Assembly: GCA_035502455.1 (NCBI GenBank)
Contig: DATJUI010000014.1
Coordinates: 6,365-70,364 of the forward strand
Length of the DNA stretch: 64,000 bases
DNA from: Thermoplasmata archaeon
Lineage (GTDB): Archaea; Thermoplasmatota; Thermoplasmata; Lutacidiplasmatales; UBA184
Reading direction: 5' to 3'
Position numbers and translations under genes: made by a program. Shown here piece by piece: positions 47,773 through 56,495 of the stretch. The notes beneath the pieces were generated by a model. The model had not been told where the DNA came from, did not search any database, and worked only from the letters and a program-made list of their open reading frames with translations. How positions within the stretch are numbered: the stretch's first letter is position 1; the number at the start of each line of letters is the position of its first letter.

Positions 47773-49017
47773 GTGGCGGAGGCGCCGGCGGCCCCGGCCG
47801 AGGCGACGCGGCGGCGGGCGCTCGAGGCGGTCTTCGGCGCGACGTTCTTCGTCCGCTTCGCGTTCGGCATCACGCTCGCGGTCTTCGCCGAATACCTGAC
47901 CGGGCATCCCGGGCTGAGCGGCGGGACGGTCGCGGCGATCGGGCTCGTGAGCGGGGCCGCGCCGGTCGGCGAGTTCTCGACGGTCCTCCTGTCCGGGGTC
48001 GGCGCCGACCTGTGGGGGCGGTTCCGGGTGCTGTTCCTCGGGATGGGCGGGGCGGCCGCCCTGTTCGCGCTCGTCTTCCTGACCCGGGACCCGCTCGCGC
48101 TGGCCGCGATCAACTTCGCGTTCGGCGTCGCGAGCGGCGCGATCCTCGCCGCCAGCCTCGCGGTCGTCGCGGAGCGGGCGGCGAGCGACGAGCGCGGCTT
48201 CGAGATGGGACGGTTCGACGCGGTCAACCTCTCGGGGTGGATCGCCGGCTACGCCTTCGGGCTCGTCCTCCTCGACCTCGTGCCGGACCCGAAGCTCGGG
48301 ATCTCGTTCCTGTTCGGGTCGCTGATCCTCGGCCTCGGCTTCTTCGTCGCCCTGCACCTCGCGCGGGGCATACCGCCGCGCCACCCCGCGGCCGGCCATC
48401 GGATCCGCGAGATCCTGGGCACCGCGTTCCGGGGACCGGTGCTCCTCGTCACGTTGCCGTGGCTCGTGATCTACATGCTGATCGGCTTCGCGCTCGTCTT
48501 CTTCGGGAGCGCGGCGAAGACGACCTCCGTCCCGCTGCTCTACCTGGCGGCGGGCATCGCCGCGGGCGGCGCGCTCCTCGTCGTGACCCAGCCCCGGTTC
48601 GGTCGGCTCGCGGACCGATTCGGCCGGGACCGGATGATGGCGGTCGGGGTCGCGGGGTTCGTGGCGGTGATGGGATGCGCGTCGTTGCTGGTCGCCTACG
48701 GGACACCGATCCCGCTGCTCGTCGCGACCGGGGCGAGCGTCCTCGCCGCGCTCGCCTACGGACCGGCGGCCCTCGCCGCGCTCGCGGATCTCGCCCAGCG
48801 CACGAGCCGGGCGACGACGATGGCGATCTACTCGCTGACGATCTCCCTCGGCATGTGGGTGGGTCTGATCGCCGGCACGCAGCTCTACGACCGCCTCGGG
48901 AACGAGGGGCTGTACGTGTTCTTCGGATCGATCGCGGTCGGCCTGGTCGCGCTCACCCTGGCCCGGTTCGCGACGGAGCGCCGGGCCGGTGCGAGCCCTA
49001 CGACTCCGGTTCGATGA
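47773..49017 (+). CDS. MFS transporter
   Basis: About 12 TM; GVGADLWGR and GRLADRFGRDR motif A copies. Confidence 0.88.
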   Translation: MAEAPAAPAEATRRRALEAVFGATFFVRFAFGITLAVFAEYLTGHPGLSGGTVAAIGLVSGAAPVGEFSTVLLSGVGADLWGRFRVLFLGMGGAAALFALVFLTRDPLALAAINFAFGVASGAILAASLAVVAERAASDERGFEMGRFDAVNLSGWIAGYAFGLVLLDLVPDPKLGISFLFGSLILGLGFFVALHLARGIPPRHPAAGHRIREILGTAFRGPVLLVTLPWLVIYMLIGFALVFFGSAAKTTSVPLLYLAAGIAAGGALLVVTQPRFGRLADRFGRDRMMAVGVAGFVAVMGCASLLVAYGTPIPLLVATGASVLAALAYGPAALAALADLAQRTSRATTMAIYSLTISLGMWVGLIAGTQLYDRLGNEGLYVFFGSIAVGLVALTLARFATERRAGASPTTPVR

Positions 49018-49882
49018 CGATGTGGCGCAGGCCCGGGAAGGCGTTGCGCAGCGCGGCCGAGACGTGGTCGACGGCCGCCTCGATCTGATCGGTCGTGAGC
49101 TCGTTCTGGAAGTTGACCCGGAGCACGACCAGCGCGTCGTCGGGTCCCAGCAGCATCGACTGGAACCCGCGCACCTTCGCGACCGACGGGTCCTGCTCGA
49201 CGAGCGCGAGGATCTTGCGGACCTCGCCGGGCGACAGCGCGCGCCCGATCAGGTACTCCCGGCTCTCCGCCGTGAGCACGAACCCCGTCGCGATCAGGAG
49301 GAACCCCTGCACGGCCGCGGTCCAGCCGTCGATGGCGAAGAGGCCGGTCCGGTCGACGACGAGCAGCCCGGCGAACGCCGCGACGCTGCCGACGATCGCG
49401 ACCAGGTCCTGGTAGAAGATCCCCTTCAGCCCCTGGTTCGCGCTCTCGAGGAGCGACTGGAGGGTCTGGCGCCCCAGCCTCAGCTCGCGCAGCGTCACGC
49501 CGACGCCCACGAGGCTCGTCAGCAACGTGGCGCCGACGACCAGCAGGCCCTCGGGGATGTGGGAGATCGGCTGGGGGTCCAAGATCTGGTCGATCCCCGT
49601 GATCAGCGCGATCACCCCCGCGACGGAGAACGTCACCACGATCGAGACGAACGCCCAGAAGAACCGCTCCTTCCCCCGGCCGAACGGGTACTGGTAGTCC
49701 GCCGGACGGCGCGACAGATAGAGGCCCCAGAGCAGGAGGCCGCTGCCGATGAGGTCCGTGACCGTGTAGATCGCCTGGACCAGCACCGCGCGGCTCCCCG
49801 AGAGGCGGGCGACGTCGAGGTTCACGACGAACAGTCCGGCGTTCAGGAACAGCGTCGCGACGACAATGACCTGGGGTCGCAT
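48998..49882 (-). CDS. Cation diffusion facilitator family transporter
   Basis: [24 protein letters not shown]-terminal SMLLGP..ALV...IVIEP. Confidence 0.88.
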   Translation of the reverse strand: MRPQVIVVATLFLNAGLFVVNLDVARLSGSRAVLVQAIYTVTDLIGSGLLLWGLYLSRRPADYQYPFGRGKERFFWAFVSIVVTFSVAGVIALITGIDQILDPQPISHIPEGLLVVGATLLTSLVGVGVTLRELRLGRQTLQSLLESANQGLKGIFYQDLVAIVGSVAAFAGLLVVDRTGLFAIDGWTAAVQGFLLIATGFVLTAESREYLIGRALSPGEVRKILALVEQDPSVAKVRGFQSMLLGPDDALVVLRVNFQNELTTDQIEAAVDHVSAALRNAFPGLRHIVIEPES

Positions 49883-50016
49883 CGATCGCCCGGGGTCGCC
49901 CCCGGGAACCGACGCCACGGTCCCGGCGGGAAAAAAGGTTGGGTCGGGAGGGCGCGGGCCCTCTCGGGGACCAAGGGTTAAATCACGCGGCGCGGTCCAC
50001 GGCCCGGAGGCTCTGG

Positions 50017-50988
50017 GTGAGCGAACCGGCGGCGCACGCGACGCACGGCACGGTCCCCGGGACGAGCCCCGCGGCTGCGCCCCGCTACCCCCGGCCGGCC
50101 CTCGGCCGGCTCGGGCTCTCCGCCGGCAAGAAGACGCGGCTCAAGCGGCTGCTCTACGACCACGGCCCCGGCGGGGGGACCCTCCTCGTCCTGCCGATCG
50201 ACCAGGGACTCGAGCACGGGCCGGTCGACTTCTTCGACAACCCGGGGGCGCTCGACCCGCAGTACCAGTACGAGCTCGCACGGGACGGGCGGTTCAGCGC
50301 GATCGCGCTCCACATCGGCCTCGCGGAGAAGTACTACGCCGAGTTCGCGGGCGACGTCCCCCTCGTGCTGAAGCTCAACGGGAAGACCTCGATCCCGGGG
50401 GACGCCCAGGCGTTCAGCCCTCTCACGGGAACCGTCGAGGACGCGGTCCGCCTGGGCGCCGATGCGGTCGGCTACACGCTCTACGTCGGCTCGCCGGCGC
50501 AGGACCGGGACTTCCTCCAGTTCCTCACCGTCCGGCGCGAGGCCGAGCGGCTCGGCATGCCCGTGATCGTGTGGGCGTACCCCCGGGGCGAGGCGGTCGG
50601 GAAGAAGGGCGGGAAGGAGAGCCTGTACGCGATCGACTACGCCGCGCGGGTGGCGCTCGAGCTCGGCGCCGACGTGGTGAAGGTCAACTACCCGGTCGCC
50701 TCGGAGAAGGACCGGGAGAGCCCGGCCCCGTACCCGACCCTCGGGCTCGACCCCGACCGCGCGTTCCGCAAGGTCGTGGAGAGCGCGGGGCGCGCGCTCG
50801 TCCTCGTCTCGGGCGGCGAGAAGGTCGGCGACGCCGAGCTGCTGCGCAAGGTGCGCTCCTCGATGGACGCGGGGGCGACGGGCATCATCTTCGGCCGGAA
50901 CCTCTGGCAGCGCCCCCGGGACGAGGCCCTGCGGCTGACCCGCGAGCTCCATGCCGTCTTCCGGGAGTACGCGCAACCGCCCGCCTGA
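50017..50988 (+). CDS. Class I fructose-bisphosphate aldolase (DhnA family)
   Basis: [52 protein letters not shown]. Confidence 0.92.
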   Translation: MSEPAAHATHGTVPGTSPAAAPRYPRPALGRLGLSAGKKTRLKRLLYDHGPGGGTLLVLPIDQGLEHGPVDFFDNPGALDPQYQYELARDGRFSAIALHIGLAEKYYAEFAGDVPLVLKLNGKTSIPGDAQAFSPLTGTVEDAVRLGADAVGYTLYVGSPAQDRDFLQFLTVRREAERLGMPVIVWAYPRGEAVGKKGGKESLYAIDYAARVALELGADVVKVNYPVASEKDRESPAPYPTLGLDPDRAFRKVVESAGRALVLVSGGEKVGDAELLRKVRSSMDAGATGIIFGRNLWQRPRDEALRLTRELHAVFREYAQPPA

Positions 50989-51523
50989 GCGGCCGATCCC
51001 TCTCTTCGTGCGGGTCGTCGGCGACGACCATCCGAAGGCCTGCACGGGGCGACGTCTCCTGCATCGGGGGCTCGCCCGCGCGGCGGGCGAACCGCGACCG
51101 GGCGCGGGCCCCGTCGTCCTCGATCCCTACGCCGCGGAGCCGCTCTCGCCGGCCGACCGCGGCCGGGTCGTCCGGACCGGTCTGCTCGTCATCGACTGCT
51201 CGTGGAACCGGCTCTCGGGCCGGGGTCGGTTCCCCGACGGGGCGGCCCGCGCCGCGGGCGTCCACCGGCGGCTCCCGATCCTCGTCGCCGCCAACCCGCA
51301 GCACTTCGGTCGGGTCGCGGAGCTGAACACGGTCGAGGCGCTCGCGGCCGCGCTCTCGGTCCTCGGTCGCGACGGGGAGGCCGGCCGTCTCCTCGAGGGG
51401 TTCGCGGGCGGGGCGAACTTCCTCGCGATCAATCGGGAGCGGCTCGTGCGGTACGCGGCGACGCGCGACGGCGAACAGATCCGGGCGGCGGAGCGGGCGC
51501 TGTTCGCGGCGGGGCCCGATTAG
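50951..51523 (+). CDS. tsr3: rRNA aminocarboxypropyltransferase Tsr3 (DUF367); start uncertain
   Basis: [28 protein letters not shown]...[11 protein letters not shown]. Confidence 0.9.
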   Translation: MPSSGSTRNRPPERPIPLFVRVVGDDHPKACTGRRLLHRGLARAAGEPRPGAGPVVLDPYAAEPLSPADRGRVVRTGLLVIDCSWNRLSGRGRFPDGAARAAGVHRRLPILVAANPQHFGRVAELNTVEALAAALSVLGRDGEAGRLLEGFAGGANFLAINRERLVRYAATRDGEQIRAAERALFAAGPD

Positions 51524-52407
51524 CCGGTCGGGAAGGTCCGACCGTCCGTCGCGAGGTGCTCGACGGTCAGGTCGAGCACCGAGCGGACCGGCCGGTCGAG
51601 CGGCAGTCGCGCGACGATCACGCCACCGTACCGCTCGAAGACCCGGGTGGTGTGGAGGGTGAGGCAGCGATCGCGGTACAGCGGACGGCCGGTGAGGTCC
51701 GGATCGTGACCGCGCAGCACGATCGCGAGCCCGGTGTCGGCGAGGAACCGGTCGAGCTCCGCCTCCGTCCACGGCGGCACCACGTCGCGGTGCGCGCGCG
51801 ACTCGGTGCACTCGGCCCAGACGAGGTCGGCGAGCTCGGCCTCCGAACGGGCGACGTATCGGGTCGACCAGTCGGGCGGCTGGGGGCCGCGCGGGAACCC
51901 GCCGTGCGCGAGGTAGGCGCCCGAGTCGGTCGCGACGGCGAGCGGCCCCCGCTCCAGCAGGCCGAGGAGCCGGTCGTACCGCTCCCGGGATCCCCACCGC
52001 TCGAGCACCTCGCGTCGCAGGCTCTCGGGCTCGACCGGCATCCGCCGGGTCGTCTCGTGATTCCCCTGGACGAGGAAGACTCGGTCGGGTCGGTCCGCGG
52101 CGAGCGACAGCAGGAACACCGCGTTCACGAGCGACCCCGCGGGGCAGTCGCGCGGCGTGCGGTCGACGTAGTCGCCGAGCCCGATCAGGTAGCGGTCGGC
52201 GCCCTCCCACTTCGCCACGACGGCGGCCACCGAGGGCCAGTCCCCGTGCGAGTCGCCGAAGACGATCGCCTCGCGCCCGGCGGGGATCCGCTCGATCGGG
52301 GCGCGCCGCGGGACCCGCGCCTCGAGGACGTCCAGCAGGGGGTCGACGCGGTCGAACGGGATCTCGAGGACCTGCGGCGGCGACCGCGGCAGCGCCCCGT
52401 CCTCCAT
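51520..52407 (-). CDS. Calcineurin-like metallophosphoesterase (PPP-type)
   Basis: GDSHG, GDYVDR, GNHE, HGG, RGH. Confidence 0.9.
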   Translation of the reverse strand: MEDGALPRSPPQVLEIPFDRVDPLLDVLEARVPRRAPIERIPAGREAIVFGDSHGDWPSVAAVVAKWEGADRYLIGLGDYVDRTPRDCPAGSLVNAVFLLSLAADRPDRVFLVQGNHETTRRMPVEPESLRREVLERWGSRERYDRLLGLLERGPLAVATDSGAYLAHGGFPRGPQPPDWSTRYVARSEAELADLVWAECTESRAHRDVVPPWTEAELDRFLADTGLAIVLRGHDPDLTGRPLYRDRCLTLHTTRVFERYGGVIVARLPLDRPVRSVLDLTVEHLATDGRTFPTG

Positions 52408-52440
52408 CGCCGTGCGGAACGCTCAGGGGGCGGGGCGAAG

Positions 52441-52588
52441 TGCGGGGGGCCGGAGTTCCCGGCGGCCGGCCGCGCGGGCCGGCACGCCCTTTGAACCGGC
52501 GCATGCCCTGGGCAACAGGGTCCTAAGCCCTGCCTCGGTGGCCCCGTCGACGGCGTCGGACGGTTTGGCCGAGCTGGAGCACCCCCGC
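52441..52588 (-). tRNA. tRNA-Leu(UAG) with two non-canonical introns (21/22: 52538-52564; 59/60: 52455-52489)
   Basis: Removing both introns gives an 86-nt cloverleaf: GCGGGGG/CCCCCGC acceptor, CAGGG-CTTAGGA-CCCTG, TGCC-CAG-GGCA variable arm, GCCGG-TTCAAAT-CCGGC, discriminator A; BHB at both introns. Confidence 0.92.
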
Positions 52589-52615
52589 ACGGTGAGATCG
52601 GCTCGGGAGGATAAG

Positions 52616-52722
52616 TAGCCCCGGCAGGAGTTCCGGCCGGCGGGGAGCCGCTCCCCCGCGGCGTTCGAACCTGCGTCGCGAGATCCAGAGTCTCGCATGA
52701 TTGGCCACTACACCACGGGGCT
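52616..52722 (-). tRNA. tRNA-Gln(CUG) with a non-canonical T-loop intron (59/60: 52630-52663)
   Basis: Removing the 34-nt intron gives a 73-nt cloverleaf: AGCCCCG/CGGGGCT (A1-U72), CGAGA-CTCTGGA-TCTCG, GCAGG-TTCGAAT-CCTGC; strict BHB. Confidence 0.94.
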
Positions 52723-52747
52723 ACGGAGAGCGCCACCGACGCGGGGC

Positions 52748-52754
52748 GGATAAA
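52748..52754 (-). promoter_or_regulatory. Putative TATA box for the tRNA-Gln/tRNA-Leu operon
   Basis: TTTATCC on the minus strand, 26-32 nt upstream of tRNA-Gln position 1. Confidence 0.55.
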
Positions 52755-52889
52755 CGTTGCCCGACGACGGCGAGCGCCGCACCGAACGTGGGGGTCCCGA
52801 CGCGTTCCGCGCGCGCTCGCGCCGCGCGGCGACCACACGGCACAAATAGCCGAGGACCGTCCCCCGCCGGTCCATGGCTGGAGGGGGGC

Positions 52890-54704
52890 ATGGCGGACGG
52901 AGTACCGAGCGGGTCGGTCGACCGACGGAGCGAGCCCCCGGCCGACCCCGGAACCCCCCGGATCGGGGCGCGCGCGCCCGCCTCGCCCGCCGCTAGCACC
53001 GCCCGACGCTCCGCCCTGCGCGCCGCCGCGATCTACGCGGCGATCCCGCTCGTCGCGGGCGGGATGACGCTCGCGACGGTCGGGCTGTCGGGTTCGGGCA
53101 TCGCCTCGTACTTCCCGCTCGCCGGCGTCGACGTCTTCTACTCGTTCCTGCGGATGCTGGCGGCCTACGCGGCGTCGCTCGGCTTCGCGCTCGCGTACGG
53201 CTACTACGCCGCGACGCACCGGACCGGCGAGCGCGTGATGATCCCCGTCCTCGACATCCTGCAGTCGGTCCCGATCCTGGGCTTCTTCCCGATCGCGATC
53301 GTCTTCTTCGTCGACCTCACGCCCGGCAGCTGGATCGGCGCGAACCTCGCGTCGGTCTTCCTGATCTTCACCTCGATGGCGTGGAACATGGTCTTCGGCG
53401 TCTACGAGTCGCTGAAGACGCTCCCGTCCGACATGAAGGAGGCCGCGGAGACGTTCCACGTCCGCGGGATCCTGCTGTTCCGCCGGGTCCTCTATCCGGC
53501 CACGATCAACCGGCTCGTCTACAACTCGGTGCTCTCGTGGACCGGCGGCTGGTTCTTCCTCGTCGAGGCGGAGATCTTCACCACGAACGGGTCGAACGCC
53601 CTCGCCGGGATTGGTAGCTATCTCTCGTTCGCCGCGAGCGCCCAGAACGGCGACAAGTTCCTGGCCGGGATCCTCGTGCTCGTGATCGTCATCGCCCTGC
53701 TCGACTTTGCGGTGTGGCGGCCCCTCGGCCACTACGCGGAGCGGTTCCGGTTCGACCAGAGCCCCTCGGGCGAAGCGGAGTCGGTGGCGGCGCCGGACCC
53801 GCGCAGCCGGTTCCGGCGGGCGACCTCGTACGTGACCCAGGGCGTACGGGCGGGCGTGACGCGGATCACGACCCCGCTGGTGCAGTTCGCGGCGATCACG
53901 ATCCGCCCGGCCCGCAAGCCGAGCCCGACCCGGCGCACGATCCTGTACTACCTCGCGCTCGGCGTGATCCTGGTCGCCGTCTGGCTGATGGTGATCGCGA
54001 TCGCGGTCGCGGTCTTCCACGTCTACACCCAGCCGATCGTCGGCTCGGTCCGCCGGCAGATCCTGCAGCTGCCGCTCGCGATGGGCGCCTCCACGCTGCG
54101 GGTCGTCGCGGCGTACGCGGTCTGCCTCGGGATCTCGTTGCCGCTCGCCTACTGGATCGCGCGGCGGCCGCGTGCGGGGCGGGTAGGCCTCCCGATCGTG
54201 GAGGTGATCGCCTCGTTCCCCGCGACCGCGCTGTTCCCGGTGATCATCTTCGAACTGATCCCGGTCCTGACCCCGGAGGGGGCGGCGATCCTGATGCTGA
54301 TGACGGGGATGATCTGGTATCTCTTCTTCAACCTCCTCTCGGGGATGCGGGCGCTCCCGCCGGATCTGGAGGAGGCGTCGCGGTCGTTCGGACTCAAGGG
54401 TCGGAGGTTCTTCTGGCGGGTCGTCCTCCCGGGGATCTTTCCCGCGCTCATCACCGGGTCGATCACGGCGTTCGGGGGCGGCTGGAACACGCTGATCGTC
54501 GCGGAGTACCTCAACTCCGGCACGGGCCACTCGCTGAGCCTGCTCGGGATCGGCCAGGCGATCGACATCGGCTACGTCGAGCCGAACGGGATCCCGTTGA
54601 TGGTCGCGGCGCTGTTCACGCTGATCGCGACCGTCATCGCCATCAACGAACTCATATGGAAGCCGCTCTACCGACGGGCGGTCGAGCTGTACCGGTACGA
54701 CTGA
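52890..54704 (+). CDS. NitT/TauT-type ABC permease with two membrane domains
   Basis: PVLDILQSVPILGF, AWNMVFGVYES, PALITGSITAFGGGWN..IVAE. Confidence 0.9.
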   Translation: MADGVPSGSVDRRSEPPADPGTPRIGARAPASPAASTARRSALRAAAIYAAIPLVAGGMTLATVGLSGSGIASYFPLAGVDVFYSFLRMLAAYAASLGFALAYGYYAATHRTGERVMIPVLDILQSVPILGFFPIAIVFFVDLTPGSWIGANLASVFLIFTSMAWNMVFGVYESLKTLPSDMKEAAETFHVRGILLFRRVLYPATINRLVYNSVLSWTGGWFFLVEAEIFTTNGSNALAGIGSYLSFAASAQNGDKFLAGILVLVIVIALLDFAVWRPLGHYAERFRFDQSPSGEAESVAAPDPRSRFRRATSYVTQGVRAGVTRITTPLVQFAAITIRPARKPSPTRRTILYYLALGVILVAVWLMVIAIAVAVFHVYTQPIVGSVRRQILQLPLAMGASTLRVVAAYAVCLGISLPLAYWIARRPRAGRVGLPIVEVIASFPATALFPVIIFELIPVLTPEGAAILMLMTGMIWYLFFNLLSGMRALPPDLEEASRSFGLKGRRFFWRVVLPGIFPALITGSITAFGGGWNTLIVAEYLNSGTGHSLSLLGIGQAIDIGYVEPNGIPLMVAALFTLIATVIAINELIWKPLYRRAVELYRYD

Positions 54705-54734
54705 GCCCCTCCGGCGGCCCGACGGCGGCGGACG

Positions 54735-55553
54735 ATGGCGCTGATCCGGGTCGACCACGTCGAGAAGGGGTTCGCGACCCGGCACGGATCGATCACCATC
54801 ATGCAGGACATCTCGTTCGATGTCCGGGACTCCGACTTCGTCGCGATCGTCGGCCCGTCCGGCTGCGGGAAGTCGACGCTCCTGCGGCTCATCCAGGGGC
54901 TCGATCGACCGTCGGCGGGGGAGATCTACTTCAAGGACCAGCCGGTCCGCGGCACCTGCGGCCAGATGGCGATGGTCTTCCAGAGCTTCGCCCTCTTCCC
55001 GTGGCTCACGGTCTCCCAGAACGTCGCCTTCGGGCTGGAAGCGCTCGGGTGGGAGCCCGAACGGATCCACGCCCAGGTGGAGCGGTTCGTCTCGGTGACC
55101 GGGCTCGACGGGTTCCAGGAGGCGTACCCCCGCGAGCTGTCCGGCGGGATGCGCCAGCGGGTCGGCCTCGCCCGGGCGCTCGCGGTCGAGCCGGCGGTCC
55201 TGCTCATGGACGAACCACTCAGCGCGCTCGATCCGCTCACCGCGGAGAGCCTGCGCGAGGAGATCCTCCAGCTGTGGCAGGACCCGAACCTGCCGCCGGA
55301 CGCCGTGGTCCTGGTCTCCCACAACATCGAGGAGGCGATCCAGCTCGCCGACCGGGTGCTCGTGCTCTCCCGGCGCCCGGCCCACCTCCTCGCCGACGTC
55401 GCGGTCGACCTCCCGCGGCCCCGCGACCGCAAGTCCCAGGCCTTCTACGACCTCACGGACAAGGTCTACTCGCTGATCACCGAGGGGGCCCCGGCCCCGT
55501 CGGCAACGACCCCCGTCCCGCCGAACGGGACGCCGGGTACTACCACGGGATAA
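54735..55553 (+). CDS. NitT/TauT-type ABC ATP-binding protein
   Basis: GPSGCGKST, VFQSFALFPW, YPRELSGGMRQR, MDEP. Confidence 0.93.
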   Translation: MALIRVDHVEKGFATRHGSITIMQDISFDVRDSDFVAIVGPSGCGKSTLLRLIQGLDRPSAGEIYFKDQPVRGTCGQMAMVFQSFALFPWLTVSQNVAFGLEALGWEPERIHAQVERFVSVTGLDGFQEAYPRELSGGMRQRVGLARALAVEPAVLLMDEPLSALDPLTAESLREEILQLWQDPNLPPDAVVLVSHNIEEAIQLADRVLVLSRRPAHLLADVAVDLPRPRDRKSQAFYDLTDKVYSLITEGAPAPSATTPVPPNGTPGTTTG

Positions 55554-55607
55554 AGCCTTTCCAACAACCGTTATAGGAAGCATCCCGGTCGGTAGGGCGA
55601 GCGGCCC

Positions 55608-56213
55608 GTGCCGACCAGCTATCCGAAGTCGAGCCCCACCGAGATGCTGGGTCTCCTCGTGCTGTTGAACGGCCACAAGGGGTCGGAGGACGTCGCGCTC
55701 CTGGCCGACGATCTCGACCTCGAGATCGACGAGATCCTGCCGTCGCTCGACAACGCGGAGCTGCTCGGCCTCGTGAAGGTCCAGGACGGCCGCGCGACGT
55801 TCACGGAGCTCGGCAAGCGCTTCATCTCCGCCTCGATCCGCGACCGCAAGGAGATCCTGCGCGAGCAACTGAAGCGCACGACGCTGTTCAAGACCCTCCT
55901 GCGCGCGCTCGACAGCGCGCCGGACCACTACCTCAACGACGAGCAGCTCGCCTCGATCGTCGCGTTCATCCCGGGTCCGACCGACGAGGCCGTCACGACG
56001 ATCATCAACTGGGGGCGGTACGCGGAGCTGTTCCGCTACGACCCCGAGGAGCACCGGCTCGTGGCGGTGCGACGCGCCGCGGGCTCGCGCGGATCGGGCG
56101 GCGGCGCCGCCCGTCCCCCGCCCCCGGGGGCGCCGTCCCAGCCCGCGAAGGCGGCCGCGAGCCGGACCGCGCCGGCGCCTCCGACCGACCCGCCCGCCAC
56201 CGCGTCGGCGTGA
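55608..56213 (+). CDS. Stand-alone AAA-associated domain protein
   Basis: LADDLDLEIDEILP...AELLG, TIINWGRYAELFRYD, normally the C-terminal domain of NitT/TauT ATPases. Confidence 0.8.
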   Translation: MPTSYPKSSPTEMLGLLVLLNGHKGSEDVALLADDLDLEIDEILPSLDNAELLGLVKVQDGRATFTELGKRFISASIRDRKEILREQLKRTTLFKTLLRALDSAPDHYLNDEQLASIVAFIPGPTDEAVTTIINWGRYAELFRYDPEEHRLVAVRRAAGSRGSGGGAARPPPPGAPSQPAKAAASRTAPAPPTDPPATASA

Positions 56214-56269
56214 TCCGGCGCCGAGATTCCAAAGCCCTTAAGGCGGCGGTCCGCTCCCCCGAACTTCGT

Positions 56270-56341
56270 GGGCACGTAGATCAGCGGAAGATCGCTGCTT
56301 TCGCAAAGCAGAGGTCGGGGGTTCAAATCCCCCCGTGTCCA
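56270..56341 (+). tRNA. tRNA-Ala(CGC), no intron
   Basis: GGGCACG/CGTGTCC with G3:U70, CTGCT-TTCGCAA-AGCAG, GGGGG-TTCAAAT-CCCCC; cttaag about 30 nt upstream. Confidence 0.97.
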
Positions 56342-56495
56342 TTTCGCCCCCGCTCGGTCTCGCTTCCGATCGGGAGTGCGGAACCGGGCGTGGGGAAGGT
56401 CCGCGAGCTCTCCTTCGCCACGGCGCGGTTCGGGGTGCGGGCGTCGGATCGGACGACCCCGCGCTTTAACGTTACCCCCAGCCTTGCGGCCGAAC

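Noticed and set aside
52523-52525. Amber suppressor or pyrrolysine tRNA
   Set aside because: The anticodon is 5'-UAG-3', which reads the CUA Leu codon; a suppressor would have anticodon CUA. The variable arm and A73 fit Leu
52412-52615. Possible RNase P RNA, SRP RNA, FMN/cobalamin riboswitch or HDV-like ribozyme
   Set aside because: Only fragmentary motif resemblance; the region is fully explained by the two-intron tRNA-Leu
52185-56054. 1289-aa minus-strand ORF, and similar long shadow ORFs such as 28860-31955 and 44676-47327
   Set aside because: Antisense or alternate-frame products of high GC, rich in R/G/P/A with no motifs, overlapping well-supported genes; only their internal real parts were kept
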